The notes under the pieces: generated by a model
What the model was told of the DNA's origin: nothing
Database searches by the model: none
Seen by the model: the letters and a program-made list of their open reading frames with translations, nothing else
Part shown: in pieces, positions 1-13,964 of the stretch
Numbering within the stretch: the stretch's first letter is position 1
How the letters are laid out: every line of letters begins with the position of its first letter
NCBI GenBank assembly: GCA_951406725.2
Contig: OX597815.1
Span: 124,372,001 to 124,436,000, forward strand
Direction: 5' to 3'
Origin: Octopus vulgaris
Taxonomy: Eukaryota
Length of the DNA stretch: 64,000 bases
Position numbers and translations under genes: made by a program

Positions 1-1382
1 ACATTTCATGTGTAACAGTCACGTTTATAAGAGAACGAAACAGAAGTCAGCAACTGACTGCAGTTGGTTGACTAACTAGATTATATTTATTGCCACATCT
101 CTTTTTTGACTTGATTTCTATCAGGGACATTTCTATTTTACTTTTAATATTTTTCTTAAATTTTTCTGTGTATAATTGCGATTCTTAGCATCAAAAGGTG
201 GTAGGTAGCTGAGGCATTGATATTAAGTTTCCAGCAAAGACGCTCAATCAGTTACGCTGATTACAGCGTAGTTGATTATTACAGCGTAATAGAGCACAAC
301 TTTGAAGAAATATCTATTACGAACTAGACAGTAATTTTTCAAGGTGGAATCAAACTCTCTTATTGATAAAATTTGCAAAAGCTTAACATTTTGTCCTTGG
401 ATAGAATTTCCAAAACCTTGATACTAGAGATTGGAATAATCTCTGGCACACTTGAAAATGTCTGATAATAGCGTTTGAGGAGAAAATTCTCTATATAGTA
501 AAGGAATTTATTATTATCCCCCAGAGAAATATGAAAGCAAGTCTAATATAATAAGAAACTGAATATTATTAAACATTCTATATGTGATTTATAGTTGATC
601 TCTAATATGTATACAAGTACTATCATTGTAAATATTATTGTTTCCAAAAAATAAAAAATTAATTAATCAATTGAAGACGCGATTTCATCTGTTGTCTGAA
701 CCTGTAAAATGCTATAAAACTCTGTTTCTATATAACCATACGTTTACTAAACTTACTCGAGTAATTGTGACACAGAGATACATACTCAATTGCACGTATC
801 TCAGTGTCACGTGGTTATGCTTTCAAATCTAGTCTAATCCAATAAATACAAAAGCAAAGTCAGTGACAGACTAAGTAGAGTAGCTTTAACATTAAATATA
901 GTGTTTGGCATTCCAAATCCAATTGCGATCTATGTTAATGAGTCAGACCTGTCTAATTATTATTGACCTAACCTCTGACCTCTTAAATATGACACGTTTC
1001 CTCACCGTCTCGCTGCCTCGCACTCCTTCACAAATACTATGACCTGAAAGGTTTGTTTTAGAGGACAAAATATCAAACATATAATTTTAGCACAATAATA
1101 ATTAGCACTGACATACGATTTTTATTCCCACCTCAACACAGCCCATCCTCGCATCTTTATCAGTGCGCGTGTCTACGTTTCTATGTGTTTTCTTTAGCAT
1201 TTATGTTGTGTATTTGGGCGATGTATATGTTTGTGATGTGTATTTGTGTGCGTACAACATACTGCATCATTTTCATCCTCTCACGAAAATGCAATTGATC
1301 GCATCTTAAAGATAATAATATACACAACTCAACAAATGTTAGCTCCCAGTACCTCCTCTCCTTATTCTCCCTTCTCTTGATA

Positions 1383-1505
1383 CATGCATACATTCATAAA
1401 TGCATACATACATGCATACATACATACATACATACATACATACATACATACATACATACATACATACATACATACATACACATTAATACATACATATATG
1501 CATGC
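1383..1505. repeat. (TACA)n tetranucleotide microsatellite
   Basis: Direct reading of tandem TACA/TGCA units; source of the spurious CMYV/HTYI ORFs. Confidence 0.95.
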
Positions 1506-2225
1506 ATACATACGTCCATACAATAAATGCATGTACATGCATGTCTGTCTGTACGCATGTATGTATGTCGGATTTTGTAATGGTTTCAGAGTTTTATCTT
1601 TAATCATGATCCTCTAGACATCAATATAGAAATATCACTATATCGCTTTCTTTTTAAATTTCACTTTCATTCCAAAGGTCCTTTCTGTATGTTTTCTATA
1701 TCTCCATACACTTTCTTTCTTTTATGCATAGAAGTACACACGTCATCGAGTATCGGATGGATGGAAGTGACAGTGATGCTAATGGTCTTATAGTTGAATC
1801 TGTAAATAATGGTGCTTGGCTGATTGAACGCACGCTCAACAAGTTTGAAGTTGATTTAGATTGCTATCAACGCATTAAAAAAACAACTTCCAGCGATGAA
1901 ATCATCTGTTTTCTCTCAATTATTATTAATACCATTTACTTCTTTCAGCTCTTATCACCTCATCCCCATCCTTCTCACGATATCTAACTATACATAACAT
2001 ATTCATTATATTCTACGCTATGCTATTGCCTTCTTGAGTCTCGACGGAAATGCTTGTACCTATTAAGCAGGAGACGCCTACTATTTTGTAGCACTAATAG
2101 AGTGGTCAGCTTGGAGTGGTTTGTTCCTCATTATTCGTCTCTTATGCTCATTATGTTAGTAGCTGCAAGCCAGAAAGAAAAGAAAAACCTAAATATTCCC
2201 AGAACAACAACTATGATTTTAACGA

Positions 2226-2228
<3 letters not shown>

Positions 2229-2276
<48 letters not shown>

Positions 2277-2338
2277 GTGTGTATGTATGTATATATATAT
2301 ATGTATATATATCTATATATCTATATATATAGTGTGTG

Positions 2339-2382
<44 letters not shown>
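2229..2382. repeat. Compound (TA)n/(TG)n microsatellite
   Basis: Direct reading. Confidence 0.95.
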
Positions 2383-2383
<1 letters not shown>

Positions 2384-2387
<4 letters not shown>

Positions 2388-2761
2388 TCAGTTATTTGAC
2401 TGCGGCCATGCCGGAGCACTGCCTTTTGGTCGAACAAATCAACCACAGGACTTATTCTTTGTAAGCCTAGTATTTATTCTATCAGTCTCTTTTGCCGGAC
2501 CGCTAAGGTACGGGGACGTAAACACACCAACATCGGTTGTCAAGCGATGGTGGGGCGAAGAACACAGACACGTAAATACATACATGCATATACATATATG
2601 TAAAAAAAAAAATATATATATGACAGACTTCTTTCAGTTTCCGTCACATAGGTTTGGTCGACCCGAGGCAATAGTAGAAAATACTTGCCCAACGTAACAT
2701 GCAGTGGACTGAACCTGGAATCATGTTGGGAAGCAAGCTTCTTACCACACATCCACTCCTG

Positions 2762-2763
<2 letters not shown>
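2384..2763 (-). mobile_element. tRNA-derived SINE family A (head + internal microsatellite + CATGGCCGCAGTCAAA tail), partly deleted
   Basis: Reverse complement aligns to the copies at 27242 and 38925; minus-strand head GCAGGAGTGG..GTGGTAAG and B-box-like GGTTCAGTCC. Confidence 0.85.
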
Positions 2764-2827
<64 letters not shown>

Positions 2828-3008
2828 ATACAAGAAATAGTTTATTGTATTAGCATTATCATGCGTTCGAGAATAAATTATTTCTGTATCTTTCACTACA
2901 TCTGAACGCTTCTAAAGCAAACTATATTTGTTTACTTTCATCGTAAATACACACACACACACATTCACACACACACACACACATACACACACACACACAC
3001 AAACACAC

Positions 3009-3072
<64 letters not shown>

Positions 3073-3074
<2 letters not shown>

Positions 3075-3388
3075 AACACTACGTCGGATACGATGACGTA
3101 GGTTCCAGCTGATACGATCAACGGAACAGTTTGCTCGTGAAATTAACGTGCCAGTGGCTGAACACTCCATAGACACGTGTACCCTTAATGTAGTTCTCAG
3201 GGAGATTCAGCGTGACACAGAGTGGGACAAAGCCGGCCTTTTGAAATACAGGTACAACTCATCTTTACCAGCTGAGTGGAGTGGAGCAACGTGAAATGAA
3301 GTGTCTTGATCAAGGACACGACGTATTGCCAGGAATTGAACTCATGAGATTACGACTGTGAGCCGATTGCCCTAACCACTAAGCCACG

Positions 3389-3389
<1 letters not shown>
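3073..3389 (-). mobile_element. tRNA-derived SINE family C (Deu/Nin-domain-like body)
   Basis: Minus strand starts GCGTGGCTTAGTGGTTAGGG (A box), then GAGTTCAATTCC (B box), then TTGCTCCACTCCACTCAGCTGG; flanked by (TA)n; decayed relatives near 46.1-46.6 kb and 60.9-61.2 kb. Confidence 0.8.
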
Positions 3390-3467
<78 letters not shown>

Positions 3468-4393
3468 GTAATATATGCACGTGTCTGTGCCTTCCATAAA
3501 AATTAATACCAACAGCACATTGGAGTCATTTTACATAAAACAAATCGGTTATAATTTATTAGTTTCATGTTTTGCGTAAAATAACCAGAAACATGTGTTA
3601 GTTCAATGTAATAACTGAAAACATGTTTCCATTTCCGGAATTGCGTATTATAATATAAATTTATTGAAGGGCATTTACATGGACAATGAAGCTATAAGTA
3701 GTTTCTATCATTATTTGGTTCATTTTAAACAACCGTAGTGCAGGTTTAGCGCCCATTTGATTACTCGGGAAAGAAAAAGTTGAGCTTAGCGAGATTTGAA
3801 CTGAGAGCACAAAAGGATGACATTACATACCAAAACACATTTAATACGTAACTGCATTGTTGATAATCTATCCTTTATCAAGAAATAATATGAACGAAAG
3901 ATTGAGTTTAGTTGTTAATACGAAAAGACTAGAAATAAATTTCCAGTTTACTGAGATATGATATAGTTTCAATTTCTGTTTTAAGCAATGTTCTCTAGAG
4001 TTACGTAAGCGCCACATGTATGCATTCCTTAAAAGGGCCTTTGTGCCTGTCAATATAACATAAAATATTGGCCAAACTTCAAGATTCAGGTGTTATCGCC
4101 ATAAACAACTGAGTGAAACTTGCAACAAATTTGTCTTTATGACGAGAGAGCTTGTCAGTCAATGCAAGCTAATACAATAAAAAGTAAGCGCCAATTGCAC
4201 ACTTTTCTATAAGTAATACCGGCAAAACGTCGAAACTTGTGATAATCAGAAAAACTCAAAATACATGTGTCATTTAGTAATGGCTTTCCTGCCATTTTTA
4301 AGCCATGGAAATTAATGCGGGTAATTAAAATGACAAAAAAAAGCCAGCAGTACATATGTATATGTGCACTCACAGACAGACACATGTATGTTT

Positions 4394-4396
<3 letters not shown>

Positions 4397-4446
<50 letters not shown>

Positions 4447-4460
4447 TGTATATATGTATG

Positions 4461-4491
<31 letters not shown>

Positions 4492-4508
4492 GCATGTATA
4501 TATGTATG

Positions 4509-4563
<55 letters not shown>

Positions 4564-4590
4564 ATATATATATACACATACACACATATA
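4397..4590. repeat. Compound (TA)n/(TATG)n microsatellite
   Basis: Direct reading. Confidence 0.95.
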
Positions 4591-4599
4591 ATAATAATA

Positions 4600-4722
4600 A
4601 TATGAGGGACTATTATTCCAAACTTACAGGGAAAAATTCAATTTAGAAATACTGAACAAAATTTCACAAAATATAATATATATATATAAATTAGAAAAAA
4701 ACCCACCTTTTATTAATTCAAT
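4600..4722 (-). mobile_element. Short 3'-terminal fragment of the AT-rich element at 7450-8690
   Basis: Reverse complement CTAAATTGAATTTTTCCCTGTAAGTTTGGA matches CTAAATCTGATTTTTCCCTGTAAGTTTGGA near 8643; GTGGGTTTTTTTCTAAT matches GTGGTTTTATCTCTAAT near 8578. Confidence 0.65.
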
Positions 4723-4783
4723 CACACACACACACACACATATATACACGCATACATACATATATGCATACATATATACATGC

Positions 4784-4849
<66 letters not shown>

Positions 4850-4943
4850 TACATATATACACGTACATATATATACATACACGCACACGTAATGCATATA
4901 TACACGTACATATATATACATACACGCACACGTAATGCATATA

Positions 4944-4984
<41 letters not shown>

Positions 4985-6484
4985 TACATATAAACACGTA
5001 CATATATATACGCACGCACATATATATACGCACGCACATATATACATGCACACAGACACCTACACACACATCCACATATATTTGCTGGACGGATCTATGT
5101 TTATCTGTTTTTACTTATTAAAAATCTTTTCGAGGAAATGAATTAAGTCGAAAGATTTATCTTTGATTATCTCCCACCCATGTGTTTACAGCAAATTTTT
5201 CTGGTATAAACGAATGTTTATTACTGCCTTTCAAAATTCGTATGCTGCATATCAATGCACGAGAGACGCAGAGCGCATAGCAAAACCATTAAAAAAGAAA
5301 CATCTCCCCAGGGTATGTTTGTTAATTCAGTATCTTAAACATATTTAATTTATTTTATGAACTTCTCCTATGTGACCAGTCACAAATATCTAAATGGCCT
5401 GCCATCTAGGTCAAGGACATTGTTGCAATTTTTCTTTTATAGCAACATATGTATGTATATGTTCGTACATATGAAAAATTACGTGTCTGAAAGAAAAAAA
5501 GTAAGAAAGTGAGAGACAAAGACAGAGAGAGATAAAGACGAGAAGACGGATACTTTCATCACCGATTTCCTATTGATAACACACTTTATAAACTTTATTA
5601 TGATCACACACCCAAATTAATGTTATTCTGTGCAACAATCCGTAAAAGACACAAACTACTGAGTAAATAAATAGATAAATAGCTTTCAGAATGCATATAA
5701 AGGAGACTAACAGAATATTTTTTCTTTCTATGGACTACGAAAGAACGTTGACCTTTTCACTGATAATACAACGTTCAGCGGTAGTTTACAACATTTGGAA
5801 GTATAAAGATAATAAATAGTTTTAATTTAACTTCGATATTGCATTTATATAACATTACACTTGTGTCTCAAATGTGTTTAGTTTGGTGTAATGTTTGATA
5901 TCATTTACATTAAAGATTTTGGCTGTCATGGATTTAAGTCATCGGACTGCGGATTTAAGTCATCGGACTTTTAAACTATATTGATTCTCTATGGTATGCA
6001 GGTAAAGAGAATTATCTGGTCGAAGAAACACTGTGTGCAGCTATCAAAACCAGCCTGAAACAGACACACATTTACTTTCACCATATAGGCTACCTATTAA
6101 AGGAATCATACTGTACACCAAGACTGCTGTGTTTAAACATGACACCGATTCAACACTAACATATTATATAACTCCTCAAACTATCATTGACTATCGAAAT
6201 TTGACGCAAGACTTCATAGAATTGAGGTTTCCTTACCTCTTTGCTACTTCTCCAAGTTCTGAAACGTGGAACTTCTAGAATTTGACAAGGATACTGTAAT
6301 AATGTTTCTATCTAATGTATCGAGACAGAAATGGATTTCAAATACTTACAGAACAGGGAACGGCTTTGTTTATCACCTATTCTAAAAGTTTTACATTTTG
6401 TATCCTTTTATCTCTTGTTTTGCCGTTTGTGCCATCAATATATATAAGATGAAATTACATACTAAATTTCTTTCATGTATGTGT

Positions 6485-6732
<248 letters not shown>

Positions 6733-6743
6733 TGTATATAATG

Positions 6744-6776
<33 letters not shown>

Positions 6777-6781
<5 letters not shown>

Positions 6782-7420
6782 TAGATAAACTTAGATATGT
6801 TTCGACCAAAGATTGGTCCAGGCCATGTCTAACTTAATAGCACCACCTGATAGGATTATTCGAATCCTGTTTAAGTCAAGTTTTGTTTGAGTCAAGTTTT
6901 GTTCAAGTAGTGAGTTCTTGTTGGGTGAGTTGTATCCAATTATGGGTGGCTTATCTGGTATTCTTTGAAGGAATCTATCCAGACTCTGTTTAAAGTTGAT
7001 GGGATCCTTTACCTCTTTGAACTCCCTCGGGACAATGTTAAATAGGGCAGGGCCTGTTGAGGAAAAGAAATTATGTTGCAGTGTACATGTATGTTGTGAT
7101 CTTGAATTGGGCAGGGGACGTATAGCCCGTGGTCCAAGTCTTGGATGAACCTTGAAGCTAATGTTAAGGCCGTTTGGGCAAAGTTGGCGGTATATTTTCC
7201 ACATCGTACAAATGATGTACCGCTCACGGCGACGCTGGAGGGAGTAAAGTTTCAAGGCTTTAAGGCGATCCCAATAATCGAGAGCAGCCATGCCTTCAAT
7301 TTGTTTAGTGAGTGCCCTCTGGGGTGACTCAATTCTGGAGATGTTTTGTCTTGTGTGAGGAGACCACAGTGGGCAGCAGTATTCAAGGTGTGGCCGTACA
7401 AAGGAGGAAACAAGTGGTTA
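6777..7420 (-). mobile_element. 5'-truncated CR1/L2-group LINE (C-terminal RT region + 3' tail) inserted in (TA)n
   Basis: ORF 6791-7291 has DYWDRLKALKLYSLQRRRERY..FFSSTGPALFNIVP..FKQSLDRFL, typical CR1/L2 ORF2 C-terminus; tail ends in short tandem repeats; (TA)n on both sides. Confidence 0.88.
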
Positions 7421-7770
7421 TATATATATATATATATATATATATTACACACGCATGAAAGAAATTTAATATTTAACGTATTTTCGCTAAGATAAGTATG
7501 TATTTATTTAAGATCATCAAATTGTAAATTTTAATATTGTATAAGTCTTTGGAGTAATAATATTTTCCTTATGTAAATATCGTTGTTTATGTAATGATCT
7601 AATTATCGTAATTTTCTATATTATTAGATATTAAATTTAAGTTTATTCGTAAGATACTACTTAGCGATAGATTTGGTATTTGATAGCAAGCATACGAGGT
7701 GTATTAAGTTAGGCTTTTGTATATACATGTTTTAATAGTATTAATTGTAGTTTTAAATTTATAATTAAAT

Positions 7771-7841
7771 TAGATAAACTTTGATAAACTTAGATATGTT
7801 TCGACTAAAGATTGGTCCAGGCCATGTCTAATTTAATAGCA
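7771..7841 (-). mobile_element. Third, slightly diverged copy of the 6.8-kb LINE 3' tail
   Basis: TAGATAAACTTTGATAAACTTAGATATGTTTCGACTAAAGATTGGTCCAGGCCATGTCTAATTTAATAGCA closely matches 6777-6842. Confidence 0.8.
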
Positions 7842-8389
7842 TAACTTAGTTATTTCTTTAAATTGATATTCGCTAGTTATTTCCATTGATAATTATATTT
7901 ATAGTATTTATAGTATTTATTCGATACTATATTACTACGAATTGATTATTTCTATAAGTATTTTACATAAGATTTCCGAAAGTTCGTTTGAGTTTGTTTA
8001 TTTGTATTTTGAAATTAGCTATTTCATCTTTAAATATGAAAAATTAATTTATTAGGTTTTTATTATATGTGCATATATATTTATTTATAGAGATTATTTT
8101 AGATCTTAATTATAATATTTATATACATTTATATATTTTCATTGATAATTTATATATATTAGTCATTTTTAAATATTTATGTAATTAGATATAGACTAAT
8201 ACCGATATTAGATTATTGGTGGGTTTCCTACCTTATAAATTAACATTTAACATTATAGTCGATTTTGATATAATCATAATTGTTTTATGTTTCTAGTTTG
8301 ATAATAGAGTTTATTATAAGTAAAATTATTATATTATTTATATCTTAAAAATATTGTTTAAATATTTCTGATTATATTTTAGATATTTC

Positions 8390-8465
8390 AATTAATCTGA
8401 AGATTGACTGTAACCATAACTAGAATTATTACGAATTGTACAGCCATGAAACGATCGTAGTGTTT
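8390..8465 (+). ncRNA. Type I hammerhead-ribozyme-like motif (canonical CUGAAGA core, palindromic stem III)
   Basis: CTGAAGA 8397-8403; stem II TGACTGTA/TACAGCCA (1 mismatch); GAAA 8448-8451; palindrome ACGATCGT; GUA triplet; stem I weak or decayed. Confidence 0.55.
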
Positions 8466-8691
8466 TACTCTTTATCTTTTATTAAACTTTTAATACTTTT
8501 GATATATATTTAAAATAATATAAATTAATTAATTTTATGTATTGGCTTATGTTTTTCATTGTTTGATTTGCCTAATAGTGGTTTTATCTCTAATTTAATA
8601 TAATATAATATAATATATTTTACTATAAAATTGGATTTAATCCTAAATCTGATTTTTCCCTGTAAGTTTGGATTTATTCCCTAATATTTTA

Positions 8692-8744
<53 letters not shown>

Positions 8745-8749
8745 TATAT

Positions 8750-8788
<39 letters not shown>

Positions 8789-9099
8789 TGTGTGCTTGTG
8801 TGTGCGTGCATGTTTACGTAGGTTCGCTTACAGCTTACGTAGTTCACATAGCTATGAAATCTTTTATAACTTGAAAAAGTTATAAAATAAGCTCTTCGGC
8901 ATTATATGCTCGTCACTTAAGGATTTAAGTCTTTCGCAACATCCAAAACAACTATCACAGTCACCAATGACTCTGTGAATGAACAAAACGTACATATGCC
9001 TATCAGCCTGTTAACATGGATAATGAATAAAATTTTAACTTGTCTTTCTGAGATGAACTATTTTATATGCCTATTTGCAGTAATTTAGATCCAATGAGA

Positions 9100-10000
9100 A
9101 CTGTGAATTGCTCCAACGCATTTCATATCAGTCTGAACTCACATGGTATGCCATTTCAGACTTGTATTCCTTATAAACTTGGGTGTTTGACTACCGAAAA
9201 TACACATTTGATAGTAAAACAACCGAAATACACAATGGCACCTACTATCATCAGATTTCACTAAAAAGTCTTCGTAAAGCCAATTACTGTAATCGTATAC
9301 TCGTCTCCACTCTTGGATGACATCAATATTTACAAATGTCATATGTAGCGGGACGAAAGCTGTTGTTTCAGTGTCCTTTCTTGTTTTGTTCAGATAAGTC
9401 TGAAAGATTATGGGACCTTAGTTGAAAGCGTTTTAAAACAGCTAGTGTATGAAGAAATGGAGTTCCGGTCAAAGTTGTACGATAGTGTTGTGACGGCTAG
9501 ATATAGTGTTTGTGAATTGTGACGATTGCTCACTCAGCTTGGTGGGTGGTCATTCGTATTGTAGGACATTGAAGTTCTGAATGAGACTTTCTCCTTCACA
9601 CCCTCAAATAAATAAATAAAATAAATAATATAAAAAATAAATAAATAGAACAAAAATAAATAAAGAAAACGTGCTTGTGGTTCCTATCTCAGAGTCCCAA
9701 ACCAGATGGTGTGCAAAGGGTGGAAGCAATGAAGCTCATCAGCAGGTATACTGAGGATCTACTTAAAATTTATTTCGATATGTTGCGCAATGAAAATGAG
9801 GCCAGTGAAAAAAATGTGAAGCAAGGCAGTATCATTTCTTGGCTTTGATAGGGTTTTGAAACAAAGTATTTATTTGTATAGAGTGCAGTCAAAAGAGAAG
9901 CTATTCTTCCCTTGGTTAGAAATTTGTAGCACGATCAATGAAAAAGAAATGGTCAGTTACTCACTTGAAGAAAACCTTGGTCTTCATCAGAAATAGAATG
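9100..10000 (+). pseudogene. Heavily decayed Penelope-like RT relic
   Basis: Manual translation gives LPKIH (9191-9205) and TSIFTNV (9320-9340), in the order of the PLE RT motifs YGLPKIHK and SLFTNVP; many stops and frameshifts; boundaries approximate. Confidence 0.4.
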
Positions 10001-10259
10001 TTAAAGTTGAAAGACATTAAAGACTAAAGAAACGAATACCTCGTGAGAATTAGAGAGGCGCAGTGATGATAGCTATTTGCAAAGAGCCTTTACAAAGAAA
10101 CAGACTGCAGACCTCTTCTTTTGGGTGTCAAGTTAGGGTTCCTTCTTAATCACTAAAAATGTTATTATGGCGCAGACAATAACAATTCAAAGAAGTGTGG
10201 GAGAAAGCAATAATACGAAGAAATGTTAGATGGCAGAGTGGTGCTATCAAGATGAATCA

Positions 10260-10490
10260 CTATGAAAATATGAAGACTTGAAGAACTTCCTGAATTTATT
10301 GCTCCGTGCGTATATGAGAGCGCTTCACCTAAACTCCATATCGTTATTCCGATAATAGTAGTTTCTATCGCCAGCTGTGAGAGATCACTCAACAAGTTAA
10401 CACTTTCAGTCGTGTATTTGAGAGCTTCTATAGATTAAGACAGACTCAGTAATCTTGCCTCGCTAAATTTACAAAAAACCCAACTAATCA
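10260..10490 (+). pseudogene. Fossil hAT transposase C-terminal dimerisation domain
   Basis: Frame starting 10361 reads VSIASCERSLNKLTLSVVYLRASID*DRLSNLASLNLQK, matching the hAT dimerisation consensus SxAxxERSFSxLKxxxxYLRxxMxQDRLxxL. Confidence 0.75.
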
Positions 10491-11159
10491 AGTACAAAAA
10501 AAATAACTTTGATCACAGCATAGACTAGTTTATATTAGTGAAACCAAAAATAGTGCAGTTATAATTTTCTTGTGACGCAATAATGTATTAATTGTTCGTG
10601 GGTCAAATACAAATACCATCTTAGCATTTCTTTAACCAGGATCGCCAGGAGTCCAATCACCTTCAACACCTCAAAATCACTTTCATCAACACCAATGCAG
10701 AGGAAATCCTCTTTCCCTCTCCTTGCCTCTTTCTCCTCCCCCCTTCTCTTCATCTTCAACTTTTACACCCACTACCTAATTCTTAGACGGGCATGATTGC
10801 TACTATACTGCGTTCTACACATAGTAACTGATACAGGACGCTATCATTTTATTTTTATCATTGGATCGGGTAAGTGTACCAAATCCCAATTTGTTATGGC
10901 AATTTTATCTGTAAAATAATTCATCTGGTGTTGTATAAGTATTGCTGCTGTTGTTGTGGAAATGTTGGTGATGGCGTCGTTTATTAAATCAGCTTGATAT
11001 GTTACGAAAATAGGCTTTTAATGATACTAACTTACAGATCTATTTTGTAGAATAAATGATATTCCTTAAAATATATACAATATTACCGCCATCAGCATTA
11101 TTTTCACCCCCACCCACTGCACCAATATCATGATTATCGTCATTGCAGAAACATGGTAC

Positions 11160-11315
11160 TTATATGCTAGTTGTTTAGCGCACGTTGAATCCCAATTATA
11201 AATGACCTATAATTAAAGGCTCTCCAGTTGTGACCATTCTATCTTTTTAAGGATATGCAGGACTACATTATATAGTGTGTCCTTTTCTTATTTACGACGG
11301 GAGAGCGTGATTAGA
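11160..11315. mobile_element. Old dispersed repeat (family E) relic; relatives near 36877-37100, 51620-51810, 52780-52950
   Basis: Recurring TTGTTTAG...AAAGG.ATTCCA..TGTGACCAT...CTACATTAT...TGTGATT pattern; strongly diverged. Confidence 0.5.
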
Positions 11316-12436
11316 CGCAGAGATGGAGTCTAATATTCAAGAATGTAGACTTGCGGCTTGTAATGAGTAGTAAACTTTGTTGATTAAAGTAATTTATAGA
11401 CGAATTAGTCTGTTCTAAACAATCTTTTTGACTTAGGATTAAATAAAGAGCATGCTGTTATATTAATTCCTTTCCTAACGACATCAGTAGATCAATGGTA
11501 GTGCGTAAGGTGAAAGGAAAAAGTAATGCGTAGGAATAAAAAAATCTTTTGCAGCCACGGTTCGCCTGTTCGACACTCACTATTCAGTATCATTATAAAT
11601 GATTATCAATCCATGTTTATGAACAAGATTACCACAAAAGAGTAAGTATGTAGCCAGGGAAAAGACTTAGTTTAGTTTGGTGAAAAAGTTGATGAAATCA
11701 TTGAAATGTGACGGATATGTTGAAGGACACACACACAAACACCAGACGCATACAAAGAAACAATAAAGAGACTTTAGTGAGAGACAGCTAATAACAATGA
11801 ATATTCATATATACACGTTTTAATACATATGCAGTCCTTCAAATAAAAACCAATTGAAATAAAATACATATATCCATCTTAGATTGCCTTAAAGTAGGCG
11901 ACAACAGTTTTACCTGATTCGGAATCTTGTCAAAGCAATAATTAACAATCAATAACATTATGTTATAAATGTTTTGATCTTGAGTTAAAATTGCAAAGGA
12001 AACTTAAAATGTCCTAAGTGTTTAGTTTGACATTCGTAAAGAGATACTCTTTCTAATAGAGCGTATTTATGAAATCACCTGTCATAGTTTTTAAGATCAG
12101 TTCCATTTAATTTAAGTGAATATAAGCGATCACGATTCATTAATACAGGGGTGTTCAAATATAGGCATATAATGCAGAAAGTGTAATATTTTATCTTTTA
12201 TGACACCCTCGTGGGGATGTTACTTTTTACCTCCTATATATATCTTTTATAGTTCACAGCTTCTTATAACTGATTGCACTGAAAGAACTGTATTACTAGT
12301 ACAATATGAGGAGGTAACGTACTCTACTAGAAATTTCGTGGTCGTATAGTCCAGATGAGCAATATGGAACATCTGCAAAGAAGATAAGAGAGAGGGGCAA
12401 TTACTAGTTCCAGCTAGGTGGTCTGTCTTGATAAGC

Positions 12437-12448
12437 ACACACACACAC

Positions 12449-12540
<92 letters not shown>
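12437..12540. repeat. (CA)n microsatellite
   Basis: Direct reading. Confidence 0.95.
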
Positions 12541-12545
<5 letters not shown>

Positions 12546-13311
12546 CAAAAGTATATAGGCATGATCTTTGACATTGCCTATCCCGTTTGGCTGTCGAGAA
12601 AAAGTGACCTTGTTAGATTCGAAGAATTCAGGATCGAGTGATATTAAATTATTTACAATCAAGCATCCATCTCGGTTCTCTAAGTTATAACCACTTCACT
12701 CCTTGATATTACTAGGGACTACGAAAGCATGTCGAGATAATCAGACCTTAGTTTGGAATACATTTTAGAATTACTTCACTTACATCACTTATACTATCTA
12801 GATGTCATAAATACTAATTCCTTTACATATAAACTTGAATTTGCTTGACAATATAGGAATAATTTATTAATTACAATCGGGAAAATAATGATTATATAGA
12901 CGTCATTTTATGACGAATGGTTGGAGTAATATTAAAATGAATCAAGGAAGCAAAAGAGAAGCGTCATTAACTGGCGAACGTTGCCTTAGGTTCAGTTGTA
13001 CAGAATAAAACAAAATGACATGGTGTCAATACTAATAGTACTAGTTGTTCTTGTTTAGCAAGATAATAATGTCTAGCGTTACAATGACATAGTTAAATTA
13101 GCAGTGAAGTCTTCCTTATCAATATTACGGTTCCTATGCTTCGAAACTCTTAATCTTTAGGAGAGTGTGTAATACTATAGAGACAGCATATCAACACAAT
13201 TAGATGTAAAAGTTGAATGGAATTTTCATTTCATTACGTAATCCCATAACGTTAGTTTTGTGAAACCAAATTGACTGAGAGTGAACTATCATTCCCACAA
13301 TCATCGCCAAT

Positions 13312-13331
13312 TACTACTACTACTGCTGCTG

Positions 13332-13386
<55 letters not shown>

Positions 13387-13429
13387 GACGACGACGACGA
13401 CGACGACGACGACTGCTGCTGCTGCTGCT
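13312..13429. repeat. Compound trinucleotide repeat (ACT)n(ACG)n(GCT)n
   Basis: Direct reading. Confidence 0.95.
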
Positions 13430-13766
13430 CTAATCAAGTGGTGCGACAATGCTGAAGCTCACTTTAGCTCGTTTTCATTAGCTAATGTTGTGACACCTGA
13501 CATATGAATTTACTTGATAGTTCTGCAATGTTTTTTTTATATATATTTTATATTTTAATGCTACAGTATTGAACTCAAAACAAACAGTGTCCGAAGAAAA
13601 AAGGCAGGATGGACTCAGCTGGAATGCCTTTCATCATACCTTCGCTCGAAAACAGCTGACTCGGAGATCACCACAACTCCAACTACTATCATTAAATTAA
13701 AAACAGGCGCATTGCTGCCGGCAACCAGAATTTTCCTGCGCATGTGTGTGTACATGTATTTAATGC

Positions 13767-13847
<81 letters not shown>

Positions 13848-13964
13848 TTAGACACGCATATATATACATATATGTGTGTGTATTTAGACACGCATATATA
13901 TTATTTTAGTTTTATCTTTGATATTTGCCGTAGTATATCATGATTTCACCGATTGAGTGAAGGC

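Larger units (their letters stand above)
7450..8690 (+). mobile_element. Very AT-rich putative non-autonomous Penelope-type element carrying a hammerhead-like motif
   Basis: Bounded by (TA)n tracts; its 3' end recurs at 4600-4722; hammerhead core at 8397-8459; left boundary uncertain. Confidence 0.45.

Noticed and set aside
4155-5141. Many overlapping ORFs ([20 protein letters not shown]), here and throughout the window
   Set aside because: Translations of microsatellites that lack stop codons; no protein signal.
5930-5969. 21-bp tandem duplication GGATTTAAGTCATCGGACT(GC); similar ~29-bp duplication at 53463-53520
   Set aside because: Simple two-copy local slippage duplications with no further structure.
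12143-12212. TACAGGGGTGTTCAAA..TGACACCCTCG as a tiny mariner-type MITE
   Set aside because: Inverted match is short and imperfect and there is no right-hand TA; insufficient support.
13252-13507. Poly-Thr/poly-Val ORFs as a mucin-like exon
   Set aside because: Pure compound trinucleotide microsatellite with no coding context.
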